A DNA stretch of 64,000 bases, from positions 3,162,001-3,226,000 of the forward strand of contig JAYWIR010000011.1 of NCBI GenBank assembly GCA_036172245.1, written 5' to 3'. This DNA is from Raillietiella orientalis. Lineage: Eukaryota. Under the pieces are notes generated by a model that did no database searches, was not told the origin of the DNA, and was given only the letters and a program-made list of their open reading frames with translations. Shown here in pieces: positions 11,253-23,300 of the stretch. A program made the position numbers and the translations under genes. Numbering within the stretch: the stretch's first letter is position 1; each line of letters opens with the position of its first letter.

Positions 11253-13391
11253 GATGCCAAGTTGCTGGCGACACTCTGCGATTTAGGGCGCGTGGCGGAA
11301 AGCTTCATTAGCCCGGAGCAGACATACGCTGTTCCCGGGCGGAGCATGGGCGCCAAGCTGCTCTTCGCGAACACCTGGTTCTAGTTTCATCGAAGAAGAG
11401 TAAACGAAAGGAACATGGTCGGCATTCCGATTTCCGGGACGTCCATCGGTGGTGGGCGGGATGGTCGGGAAGGAGAGGGGGCCCTTGCAGTCGCAGTGGA
11501 GACTCGGAAAGCATTTGCCTGCGTCGACCAGCAACTTATTCTGAAGCTCCTGGTGCACATGGTTTCCCGGCCTCTTTAACGACCTTCCTGTGCTCCTGCT
11601 GGCTCAACGAGCTGACCACCATTTCTTTCAGCGGGCGAAACGTGTACGCTGTGGCGGCATACGGCTGGGCTACAGCCCGAGCCCCTTGCTCTTCAGCATT
11701 TACTTGGAGTTGGCGCTGAGGGCGTACGGGAAGACTCTGATTAGTCTGCCACGTGCGTTCCTGGACACACCGGCCGTATCAGCATATGCAGACGATCTGC
11801 TGCTGCTTCCCCCCATGTCCACCCCGTTGTTGGTCCTCGAAGATTTCTTCCAACTGTTAAGCCACGGGACAAGACTGGAGGTGAACCAGGCGAAATCGTC
11901 AGTGGTAGCAGTCGGTTCGGTGTGTGCAGGGCAGCTGCACTGTATCCGCTTGGGGATCCCCATGGGCAGGTACTTTAAGTACCTCGGTGCACCGTTGGGG
12001 GACTATTCTCCGGCAGAGAATGGTCCAGCTGCCTCCAGAAGACAAAGTCGGCGATCAGCCCGTTCTAGGATAGCAAGTTTCTCTTGCCAGCATCGATCGC
12101 AGTGTGGAACACATCTGTGGACCCTTTCTTCCTCCCCTGCTTTTTGTTTGTCCCCCGCCGAGTAGCATTAAAAGGCTGATGAAGAACCTCCTGAAAATCT
12201 TCCTGTGGGGCACAGGCAGGCCCGAGTCCGCCTGAAGGACTTGTGCCCTCCGCGTCGCGATGGAGGCATTGGACTCCTGACGCTGAAGCTCCTGGGGCGG
12301 CAGCTCCAGTGGAGGACACTTGCCTTAGTGGCGAAGCTTTGGAGCACGAACTGGTGCGAGCCTACATGATACCTGGTTCAGAGAGCCACCGGCTACGCGG
12401 GACTGTCTTCGTTCCTGGAGTGACGGTGCAGACACGTGTCCAGCTACGGGCTGAAGCTCCAGTGGATGGCCAGACTGACCAGGACCAACAACTAGAACTT
12501 CTGCCGTCCCGTGAAAGGTCGTGCCTGGTTGCAGAAAACTGTTCGCACATGAGCCAAGAACAACGAAGCGAGCACGGAGATGAGGCAATGACTGATGCAC
12601 TCCTTCTTCAACAACCGCTCGCAGGACGTCATCGTACAGTCCACCACGTATGCGTGGGCCCAAAGAACCTCCTCAGCTGTGGCACTGTCCTCCCTCAGGG
12701 AGCACTTGAGCAGTAACCAGCCGGACAAATGGGAGGTCCGATATGAGTTCGGAGGAAGAGCGAAGGAATTAGGTGGTTGGACCACGGGCCAGCTCACGGA
12801 CGCTGCGACCCCGAATCCCCCACCGAAAGGACTATTGTGGTGGGGTGAGCTGCTGGGAATCCCGTAGCAAGTTCTCGAGTGGCCCTCAGAGCTGAAGAAC
12901 AACTGGGATCTCTCCCTGAAGTGGCAGGAGTCGGCAAACCTGCTGTCGCACTGGGGTGTCCCGTACAATGCCCACCCGATGGATCGGGGGGACTGTGGAC
13001 AGTTGTTGCAGGAAATCTCAGCTCCCGCACCCGCTTGTAAACTGTGTTGCCCTGTGGCGTCTGTGGTTGCGTTACGCAACGGCCCTTGGGACATCAAGGG
13101 ACAATCCCAGAGACGTGTTGAAGAGCCTCTTCGTGCGCGATACCCTTTCGCCTGCCGCATCCCTAGTAGTTCTTTGCTGCCTACGTGGGATTGTGGCGGT
13201 CTGAAGCTACGCGAAAGGAGGACGTCGCGATAGGGACGCCATGTGCGTCGCCCTGAGCTTCATGAAGGCGACAGCTAGATGGCTCTACCTGGGGCATACT
13301 CGGCTAAAACTTGCCGGTATCCTGGAAAGGATGCAAAGAGCCCTCTTTAACGAGCATCCCTTCCCTAACGCTCCCAATTTTGTGGTGTATG

Positions 13392-13412
13392 CATATATAT
13401 ATATATATATAT
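13392..13412. repeat. (AT)n microsatellite inside a LINE 3' UTR
   Basis: Run of about 9-10 AT units. Confidence 0.8.
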
Positions 13413-13829
13413 TTTTAATTTCTGTTTGCTCCCTCCCCCTTCGCTGCCGAAGCGAACCTCTCCAGCCTGAGTGCCGGTTACTCGGCAGGTTCCGAGCATT
13501 TTCGGACGATGTAAGACCGATGGTCCTACACATGTATGCTTATTTTTTATAATATACGTCCCGGCTTGACTGGGTGATAGCCCACACTCGGCTGCTTGGA
13601 TGCTGCTAAGAGCGGTAGGGTGCCACGAAAACCTTTGGTGATGGGGACAGCACAATCCAGAACCAAGGGTGGTCATCATCCCGCGCCATTCAAGGACTGG
13701 GTGCAGATGGTACTGGAGCTCAGTGACCTTTGCTATCTCTCGCCCACATCAACCTTGCTCACGGGCAGTATCGCCGCCGCTGAACGAAAGGGAGGCGCGA
13801 TTATTGCTAGTTGAAAACTATACCCACAT

Positions 13830-14400
13830 CATTCATTCATTTGTTTTATTTTATTTTATTTTTGCTTCCTCTTTTTCCCCCCTTTGTGACATCAGATTTC
13901 TCTCTCCACAGATGCTACTGAACGTCGGTCCCATTGCCCCTTCCTCTGCAAACAAACTGGTGAGAGGGACTCGGATCTGCGCGATTGTTTGCCTGCTGTG
14001 GGTCCACGGCCCTAGTGCCAGACGAGGAGGAGAACTTGAAGTCGCCAGACGAGCCCGAGGCGCTTTAACCGCGGGCGGCTGCTAACAAAACACCAGTCGC
14101 AGTGGCGCAGTGTGACGCAGTTCTTCCGAGAAGTGCCAAGGACAGTGGCGAAGGATGAACTGGGTGGGCCATCGGCGGACGAGAGTTTTGGTGGAGGCAT
14201 CCCTTCTAGGAGTACCCACCAAGGAGATCTCCTCTGGGCCAGGCAACAAAGGTTTCCCAGGAAGCACGCCCCTACCAGAGAGGAAGGGCGACGGCCCTTC
14301 AAGAAAGGGAGGACCCAGCATCGCGCAACGGGGGATGCAAGTTTGACCGAGCATCTCCAGCCTAAGGGCGCGGTACGACGCAGGGAAGCACTCCCCCCAC
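13830..14400 (-). mobile_element. 3' fragment of another L1-type LINE with an (AAAAT)n tail
   Basis: WWVLLEGMPP..ATVLGTSRKNCVTLRHC resembles a decayed zf-RVT region. The minus-strand end reads aaaaataaaataaaataaaac. Confidence 0.5.
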
Positions 14401-15139
14401 TCGCTTGAAAGGCATCCGCACCGGGGGACGTCGCGTTCCCCGCGTCCCGCCCCGGCGGGGCAGCAGAGTCGGCAACCTCCGTTCGCGGTCGCGAGATGGC
14501 AGTGCCCGCCAGCCGGAGACGGCGCTGACCGCGCGTGCGGGAGAGGTGCGCGCGGTGGCGGCGGCGGCACGACGGCAGGAGTCCCTGGACCGCTGCGCAC
14601 TCTCGGGCACGGCGGGCCGGCTGTCCCGCCCGAGAGGGCTGCGCGGGAAAGGCGGGCGCCTGCGGAGGCTCCGCGAGGTCACGACCGAGGAACCGGCCTC
14701 CGAACGGGAGCTCGGATCTCGGAACGGGACCGAAATGGTGGTTGGGAAAAGGGGAAGGGCAGAGTTTCCTCCTCCTCCTCTCGCGCTGCTGAGCTCTCCA
14801 AAGGTCATCTGAGACACCGTGCAGCAACCGGACCCCTCGGTCCTCCTTTACGCAAGGGCGCCGGGCGCCTCTTTCCCCGGAGGCGAGGGCGTCTCTCCCA
14901 CCGCCCTCGGCACGACTGGTCTGCGTGCCTCCGCGCCCCTCGAGCTGAGGTCGCAAAGCACCGGGCGGTGATATCGCTAGCTGAGCGAGTGGTCATCGAC
15001 TAGCTCAGCGAGCCGGTCGTTGCTGCCTTGCCCGAGAGGGCCGTGCAGGGCAGCAGATTCCGGAATGCGGTGGTCCTTGGTCGTAGTTCTTAACGTGGCG
15101 CTCCGTGGTGGTGGCAAAAGCAGTGGCGGTGGCGGTGGG

Positions 15140-18100
15140 AGTTGTCGCCTGCGTCTCCTACGCTGGAACGTGCGGGGGAGGGATCGGCCCACCGTTTCGT
15201 CGCCGGCAAAGATGTCCCGGCGTCCACTCGGAGCGATCGTCGTCCGGGGAAACGCCGAAGGGCGGGAAAGTCCGCAAGAGTGGTAGGAGGAGCGCGCCGG
15301 GAGAAAAACGGCGCGCTCCAGCGTCTGCGACTCCGGGAAGAGAAAAGTCTTCCGGAGACACGGGGTGGGCCGCCGTCTGAAGGAACTCCAGTGGAACCAC
15401 GGCCTCTCGCAGGCGGACAGCGAAGATGGCGGCATCCTCCCACGCGTGGCTCCCTGGCTCCCCGTTTGCAGTCGACCGCATGGGGAAGGAGGAGAGTTGT
15501 CCGCCGAGTCGCGACGCCTCCACTGCTGCTGGCCTTGCCAGAGCGGCGTGGGCGCGCGAGCGCTCAGTAAGTCCTGCTGATCCTCCGACTTCTCTGCCGA
15601 TTTTCTCGTTAGTGGTCAGCTGTTTCTGCTGATAACGTCTCTTCCTCTTTCCAAGAGGGTTCCTTCTCCCTTCCCCGTCCGGAAACGCATTCGTCGTCGT
15701 GGCAACGCTGCATCCTCCGAGACTGCCCTTCCCTTTGGACGAGAGCGGTTCGGAGGCGCAAGAACTGCTGGATGGTTGGCATCGCAGCCTGGCTGCCAGC
15801 AACTGACCAGCTCTCGACATGACTCCCGCGCCACCGGTCTTCCGCTCTCTTCAGCCTTCTCGCGGCGCCACCGCTTCCTCCCTCCCCTGGTGCGCTCTGA
15901 CGCTGGATGCCGCAGGGATATCCGCAACGCGCGTTGCCGAGGGTGGACACTGCCCTTTCCTCTGGCGAGAAGCAGGAGGGTCTGACCAGAAGCGAGGGGC
16001 TCCAAGAGGCGCCGGCGGGACAAGCGCAGACTCATGGGGAGTCCACCAGGTGACATGAGGGGGAGGAGGGGGTGGGCGGGAGAGGCGAGACGGCCGGGAT
16101 GACTGACCTTGGGATCTGCTCGCCACAAGGGCGAGCTTCACACGGCCGCTCGCCGAAGCGAAAGGAGAGGAGGAGAGGGGGCGCGCCGAGGCGGAGAGCC
16201 AAGGGGAACTCCGCGACTGCGTGCCGGAGGAAGGATCGATCCGAGACGGATGCCAGCGCACGCAGCTTCCGTACTGCTGCTCGTGGCAGAGGCATCGTGG
16301 GAGGAATGGCGGTTCCTCGGTGGACTTGCACGCATCGCAGGGGAAGTCCGCTGGCCTCACGCCCGCTCTGCCAGCGGGGAAGCGCTCAAGCGTATTACAA
16401 AGTATTACATTGTAGGCCGGGTAGCAGCGGTCGACCCGAAACTCACGTGGGGTGTGTGGCGAGGTCGAGCGACGAAAACGGGGCGGGGAACTGCGCAGGA
16501 AGGGGCAGAGAGGGTGCGGGGGAGTGCGAAAGGGCCCACCCACTTTCACCCCTATCCCCCACAGACCGTCGGAAATGGGAAAACGCACTGACCAAAAACG
16601 CTTTCCGGTATCCTTGGGGGATCGACAGCAGCAGACATCGGAGAGCCGACCCGGTCTGAGGACGTCGCCCCTGAGACGTGAGAAGGAACCAGAGGAGGGG
16701 GCGCAAACCAGTCTTGCCCTTTCGCCGCCTAGACGCGGGCAGGGAGGACCACTCCTCCTCCGCCGTCCCTTCTCAGGGTCGTTCCGTCCCCTTTCCGCTG
16801 CGAACAGGGTACCTCCCTGCCCCGCCCGTCTTCCCTTCGCTTTTTGGACCGCGCGCCCTCACCAAAGGGGAGGTGTGACGAGTGTGCCTGACCCGCGCCC
16901 TTGCATGGTCCTTCCTCTCATCACGGAGACTCGAACGGGGAGGCGGAAACGGGTCCGCGTCTCTCTGAGGAGCAGGAAAACAAGGAGCGAGGGTCACCGC
17001 GGAGCGCTCGAGGGCCGGCTGACTTCAGGAGGTATCCGGGTCTGGCACGCGGTGAATTCCGAGCCCTCCTCCCGCCCATGCCGCTGGGAGACGCAGCGCG
17101 GGCGGGGCGACCTTCAGTGGCAGGCGTGCGAGGTGTCACCGAAGCAGGAAAGAGAGAGGAGAGAGGAGTTGGGGGGATGGAAGAGGAGAGGGGTGGAAGA
17201 GAGGCAGGGGCTGCGAACGGCACATCCCTGTGGGCTACGCGGGGTGCCTGGGGATGGACTCTGCCCGCTTCTGCCCCCAAGGCCGGAAGGAAGTCCTCTG
17301 TTCGAGTCCTCGCGGGGCATTGGGGAGGGAAGGGAGAAGAAGGGAGGGGGGTGGATGCTGCGGCTGGAGAGAAGCCGAGAGCAGGTTTGACGGGTTCCGC
17401 TGACAGAATCGGATCCGCCCGGGAACAGGGACTTCCGCTCCTTCAGGCGGGGTGCAGCAGGAGAGCAAGGGTCCGGCCAACCTAAGAAGTCCTCTGGGTT
17501 GACGGTAGGAGGAACGGGAAAGCAAGCACTCGGCTGGGCAGGGTAGGTCGAGGGGCGCGCAAGGAGCTCTTTCGCCGCGGGCACGGAGGCGTCGCCCAAG
17601 GGGGAGCGCGAGAAGGAGGGAGGACGAGCTCTCGCCGCAATGGCCCGCACGCCAGCCAGAGCCGCCTCCGGGCGGAAGCGTCTCCGGGAGGCGCGCGTCA
17701 CGGGTGGAGGGACGTCATGATTGCGCGCGGGCGGGGAAAAAGGTCGTGCGCCGCGGTTTGGCGGAGGGCACGAGGTTTGCGGGGGATGGGAGAGGGGAGG
17801 AGCACGCCTTTTCCAGACGCGGAATAAGATCCTCTGCTGGCGGCGCCTGATGTCTCCGGGACCTCAGCACCCGGGGAGGAGGTGTCTCTCTCTTCAGGCA
17901 TTCCCTCGTGGCGAGCGGACCGACGACCTTGCAGGTGGCGACACGCTTCGCCCACTTCGGGGGCGGCGGTCCCTCTGTGGAGGAAGTTGGTCGCGCAGAT
18001 GCCCTCATGGTCCGAGGGGAAGACAGGACCAGGGATCAGTCTGGGAGACGGCAATGACAAGAAAGCAGCCATCAGAGAGAGCCGTTGCCAGGTGACCCCT

Positions 18101-19900
18101 TCCGTTTCTCGCCCGCCATCGAGGTCTCACGCGCGCCCCGTACCCGCTCGGTCGCGGCATGGGAATTCGAGCGATCATCACAACAGGGATTTTCTTTTTT
18201 TCCGACCCTCCCTTCCTCCCCATCCCTGTCGGTTCGGCAGCACAGCCTCCTCGTTCCTGCCGCCGGAGGAGCGAAGGTGGACCGTCCGTATTGTTGCCAC
18301 GAGACCTTCATGCACGCGTGAAGTTGCGCGGTCCTCGATCCCCTCGGCGCGGGAAGGGCACCGGAGTGAGTCGTTGATTCATCCAGCGCAGCATCCGGGC
18401 GTGCGCACAGCGTGGCTCGTAGGGTCAGCGACGCTCCCGGCCGTTTCCACTTACGACCTCCTGCCGCGGAGGCCACTCACTGCCGTCAGGGAGCATTCAA
18501 GGTGGCGGAACGGCCCGAGGAAAGAACTGGGGTTCTCCTCCTCCCTCATCTGACCTTCGGAAGAGGGCACGCAGGAGATCTGGGGAAGTGATCTTCTGCG
18601 GAGAGCCTCCGTCTCGCACGGGGCGGAAGCGGCGCGTCCGCGCCTCCGACCTGGGTGCCGCCGTCCGCAGGCGGACGAGAACGGGGCTCCGCCCTCCCTT
18701 CCCCCCTCCCTACGTGGAAAGGCCACGAACACGCGACTCACGCGCAGCGGACAAGACTCACAATCTCCCTTCGCCCACGCCCACGCCCCCTCCAGCATCC
18801 CTTCTTGCTTCGAGCTTGCAGAAACGAGCAGCCTACAAACGAAAGGAAGGAAGAAACGGGATAGGGGAGGGGGGACGTTTGAGCTGTCGTTCACCCCCTT
18901 CCCTCGTTTTCCTAATTAAGGGAAACTGAAATCTGTAAATGCGAGAACTCCCCCTCGGAAGCGGAAACCAAGCCGGAACGCGGCCGGAAATGCCCCTAAA
19001 GAAAGGAAGGCTGCCGGACCGAACGACGCGACCAAGGAAGGCAAATTTCTCTCCCTCCCCTCCAGGTTGGTCATCCCCTCTCAGGGAAACCCGGGCCTCT
19101 CTAAGGGCTCGAAAGAGGATTAGGAAAAACGGCTCTTGGGAGAAGAGGAGGAAGAGGAGTGGGGAGGAGGCGAAGCACCAGCACGACCTGCAACACCTGC
19201 CTGAGCTTTCTTCTCGCTTCCCTCACGGCCGCGCCGCCTTCCTCTTCAAGGACGCTAGAGCACACCCCTTGGATTTGTGTGGGAGCGCTTTTCCTCCACG
19301 TGCTTCCCACGACACGTGCCTCCGGTCCCAAGGACCGCACCACCTCCGGACCAGGGCGGCTTCCTTCCCTCTTCCATGCAAACAGGAGAGGAAGCGCTCC
19401 ACTCGCACGCGACTTCCGTTGGGCAGCAAGGATAAAGGATCCGGCACTTAAGGGTCGCAAGGCGCTTCCGGCAGCGCCGAACTCGGGCGCCAGCCTGTGC
19501 ACCAGAGTGGACGCGCGAGCCGTCTGCCCGCAAACGTACCCCGCGTAACCGGTTCTCGGCCACCGGACTGCGCGTCTCCGAGGCTTACCGGTCTGGAAGA
19601 CACGTGGGGCATCCGAAACCCTACAGGGTGGACCGACGGATATTGCCGGACTACTCTCTGTTTCTTGCAAAAAGGATGGAAAGGACGCAGGCTGCTTCGG
19701 GAAGGTTCCTCGTGAGCTTAGCGGTACCTTCGTGCAGGTCGCGCAGGGCACTGCGAGAAGGGTGGCAGACTCGAAAGCGTTGCTCACCTCGCTGCGCCCG
19801 TAAGCAGGTCCCAAGGACAAAGATGGCACGTAGAAAGCGGTAAGGGAAGTAGCATTTCAGGTAAGCACGCTTCAGGGTTGCCAGCCCTTGCTACAGCGCT
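15140..19900. mobile_element. GC-rich mosaic of highly decayed LINE ORF2 fragments
   Basis: RLRLLRWNVRG (APE N-terminal motif) at ~15145-15180 on +. zf-RVT-like remnants at ~16100-16330 and ~17830-18000 on +. No coherent gene. Confidence 0.45.
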
Positions 19901-21049
19901 CGCGTCTGGCTGTCTGCCTGAAACCACATGCCGTGGAGACGTGGTGAGCAAGATTCCAAAGAAGAATCCATGGAGCAGCATCGTTTAGGATAGCGTGACC
20001 TCCCTCTATGTTGAAGGACAATGACCGGAATCACATCCATGCATACGTGGGAACGGGAACAATTTATTCTACGCCGACTTACAGGAAACTCAACCGCGTT
20101 TCAGCAGGAAAGGGCGCGCCCACATTGATTCCTTCCTGCGACGAGAACTAGGAGACTGCGAATTTCCTGGGTGATGTCATGATGGCAAAGCATCCCTGCT
20201 GAAATCACGTTAAGGCTGGTTTGGTGCCTGTGGCAAAGTGTACAGAAAGACACTGTACGCGGCATTTTCTGCTATGTATCTTCAGGAAGTGAGCAGAAAG
20301 GATGACTAACCTCATTTCCAGGATCACGCCTCGGGTGTGCTGCCGCTCCAGAAAATTCCTGAACTTGCGGAGGAGAATATGAAACAAAGACATGACCATC
20401 AGTTTTACAGTTACCACCGCTTAGCTCTCTTGGCCACCATTTTCCCTGCTCTCTGCCTGTCGTGGGTACTCACTAGACGCCTCATTTCTCCGCTGCGATT
20501 GCGTTTTTATGCTGGCTATCGCTATAAAAACTCGGGTGCGGAGTCTACATCCGTTCTCACAGTATGGACGAGTTCTCCCCTTTGCTTTTGCGGAAGGTCT
20601 TGGATCATTCACTGGGCAATAAACAGCAAGAATGCTGGATTTGACTCGAAATGGTTTTATTGGAGACAGACATACGATAATATGGAATTGAACATGTGGC
20701 TGCTCTAACACTGCAATACCAGGAAGCAGCTGAGCTTTCCTTGTTCCCTTCTTTGGTCTCTAAAGTTTTTCTTCGATTGAAAGACGTGCTTTTTGGAATC
20801 CTTTTCTTGGAATGTCTCGAAATTGAATTGTGCTGAACATACTGATGGTGGTTCAAATTTCTATTTATGGTTGGAATTTGGTTTCGAATCGTGTTTCATC
20901 ATTGACTCTGTCTTGTGAGAACAGACATCGTGAGTAACTGATCTTAATTCGTTCCACTAATCTTTCAGTTTCCATTTCCGCAAAGTTTTGCACTCAGATA
21001 TTAGCTTGGGGACTCAGCATAGAGAGAGATCACGATCAATTGTGCACAT

Positions 21050-21094
21050 GAAGCATTCCAGATAAAAATTTTAAAATTTTATCTGGAATGCTTC
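21050..21094. repeat. 45-bp near-perfect palindrome
   Basis: GAAGCATTCCAGATAAAA-attttaaaa-TTTTATCTGGAATGCTTC, with 18-bp perfect arms. Confidence 0.9.
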
Positions 21095-22299
21095 GATTAT
21101 TATTAATTCTTTTTCAAGGTTTTTGTAATGTACACATAAGGAAGCAAACGCTTCAAGCAAAATGAAGTGATTGAACGTAAAAGCTGAAAATGGAGATCAG
21201 AATCAATCCAAATCGGAAACATAGATGAGAATTTAACAGAGGGCTCAATGTTAGACTGATCTCCGAATCGTAAAATGGAACTGAGCGTGAAAAGAATTTT
21301 TAGGCATGTGTTCCTTTCTCCCATTTGTTCAGAGTATGCCTTCTCTCTCTCTTTCTATGGCTAGTGTTTTTCTACCATTATTCCCAAGTTCTTGATTCCC
21401 TTTCTGATGTAGAGGCTTTGATGATTTGCTTTGATGATCTCCTTACGTTGTTTGTATTTATTTTCTCAAAATCAGTATGTTTTAACGGAGCTAACCAAGC
21501 TTCATGATGTCATGAGACTTTTTCCTTCTGCTTCGTTATACACAGTAATTCTCGAAATTTATAAACTGATGTCATAAAATGCGCGAAGAATTATGAGTTA
21601 TTTATCACCACACTATCCCTGTTCTTGCTATTAGGATGATTTGGAAAAACTAGATTTATGAACTCATATTTTGGAACTCATCTGTTCTTCAAGTTTTATT
21701 TAAATCCTTTAAGATTTAAGTCTCTAGTATTTACCGGAGCAATTGATATGCAAATAAAACATCTCTTCATCTGCATATCAGTGGTCGAAATCCAAGTTTC
21801 ATAAGCTTCTCTACTTAATCCAGTATTTCAACAAGTGGGATACGAGATAAAAGAAAAAGTAAAATGAGTTATTGCATTACGATTCCAATGTTTATCTCTC
21901 AATGAGGCATTTTATGTTAGTTAACATATTGTAGGATCGTTTTCATCTTGATATCTGGTAAACACAAACGTTCAGAAACAGCTTCCGGCATAGGTATTGT
22001 GCTAAATGAGCGAATTCAGGAATCTTCATTTTTAATTCATTTCAAGTAACAGAATGCTTGATTGCAACAAAATTCTAAACATTCATCATTTCGCTTCGCC
22101 TATTCCTTTTCCTAGAACTACCAGAGCAGAGAATTTTTTTTTTAAAGGACTCATGGAATGAGGAATTGATAAAGGTTCTGTGCACAGTTCATTTATTAGG
22201 ATTAAAAATATTTCTGCCGCATTTCGTCATTCTGAGGTTTTTCATACTAAAGATTTATGTAGAAAAGAAAAGTACATCACATCCTCTGTCTTGAACCCG

Positions 22300-23300
22300 A
22301 AAGTTGTTCAGTTACGAAAGTTATGAGGTGGCAGACTGTAGAAGACTGGGATCTGCACCTCCTTATTGAAACCGGAATTTGCATGAAAACCAGAAACTTT
22401 TTTCCTCTAATTAACTGCACGAGATGCTGAAACTCCTTCATTTAGAAAGGGAGGGGGAAAAAAAACAATTGCCATACCTGCCAGTATTTCTGTGCCACTC
22501 ACTCACCGTTGTATGTAGCATGTAAGTCGCAAGGAATCAAACTTTTGTAGACGATTGCAAGACATACCGAAATTTCCTCGAAAAAAACAAAAGCAAAAAT
22601 AAATGAAAGTTTGTAACCCTTGATTGTTTGGTTTGAGAGGCCAGAAAGGCGAACAATGGGGATTTGTTTTTGACGAAACAAACTCTGGCATTGTTAGGAG
22701 GAATACGGGGAGTTGCATCATTGCGGATCTCCAGCTGTGCCAGTAGTTACTTTTCGCAGATGAAGTAACGTGGAGTGCTGCTTAATGGGTATGTTGTTTC
22801 TTTTTGGTATACCGTTGAAGTGAATGATTTCTTGCATGATCCGGGGTTTCCCGTGTGGTGGGGTCTTCGTCAGAGCTTTCCGTCACATTTTGGAAGTCAA
22901 GTCAAAAAGGAGAGAACAAACGTTCCGAGACACGCTCGCGGTTTCCTAATGCATGCACGTATCTTTTCATTAATCTGGTCGCCACGATTGGTAGTGTACG
23001 AAGTGCAGCCTTTTGTACATGTACTCCTTAAATGTGCATCCTATTCCTGCATGGTCACCATTTCCTAGGAACGTGATGCTGTGTATGTTTATCGATACAT
23101 TTCCTTTTATTCCTAGAACGGTGAGCGTGATTTCGGAAAAAGTGCCCCGGAAAGAGAAAGATTTCAATGTAGCTACTTCTGCTTGAGAATCACTCATGTA
23201 TTTTGTGTGCCCTTGCAAGCAAGGACTACGATTAATAAGTTTGTCTTCCCTTCAGGTGAATGTGTACATAATTTTTGTGAAATGAGCGTGTTCGAAAAGA
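22300..23300 (+). promoter_or_regulatory. Probable HIPK promoter / first non-coding exon region
   Basis: A CpG-retaining segment directly upstream of the CpG-poor gene body, with a candidate donor GTAAGT at ~22522. Inference only. Confidence 0.3.

Larger units (their letters stand above)
9130..13577 (+). mobile_element. Tx1-like LINE subfamily A, most of ORF2 (EN end, RT, zinc finger) plus 3' UTR; interrupted at 10028-11252
   Basis: Before the insert: SDHSRV (end of APE), KAPGENGL, KGGDLRNRSNWCLITVLNADTKLL. After it: ISPEQTYAVPGRS, RKAFACVD, GIRLGYSPSPLLFSIYLE, AYADD, VNQAKS, FKYLG, a C-terminal knuckle and the hairpin 3' end at 13558-13576. Stops and frameshifts are present. Confidence 0.9.

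Noticed and set aside
13440..13500. HDV-like ribozyme in the LINE 3' UTR
   Set aside because: A P1-like helix exists, but no L3/P1.1/J4-2 consensus could be fitted by eye.
14000..19900. Many long overlapping ORFs (up to 314 aa) as host genes
   Set aside because: They are Arg/Gly/Pro-rich, open in several frames because of high GC, and carry only scattered LINE motifs.
20600..20860. pogo/DDE transposase C-terminus (SWYCSV)
   Set aside because: Only one short motif, with no supporting DDE domain or TIRs found.
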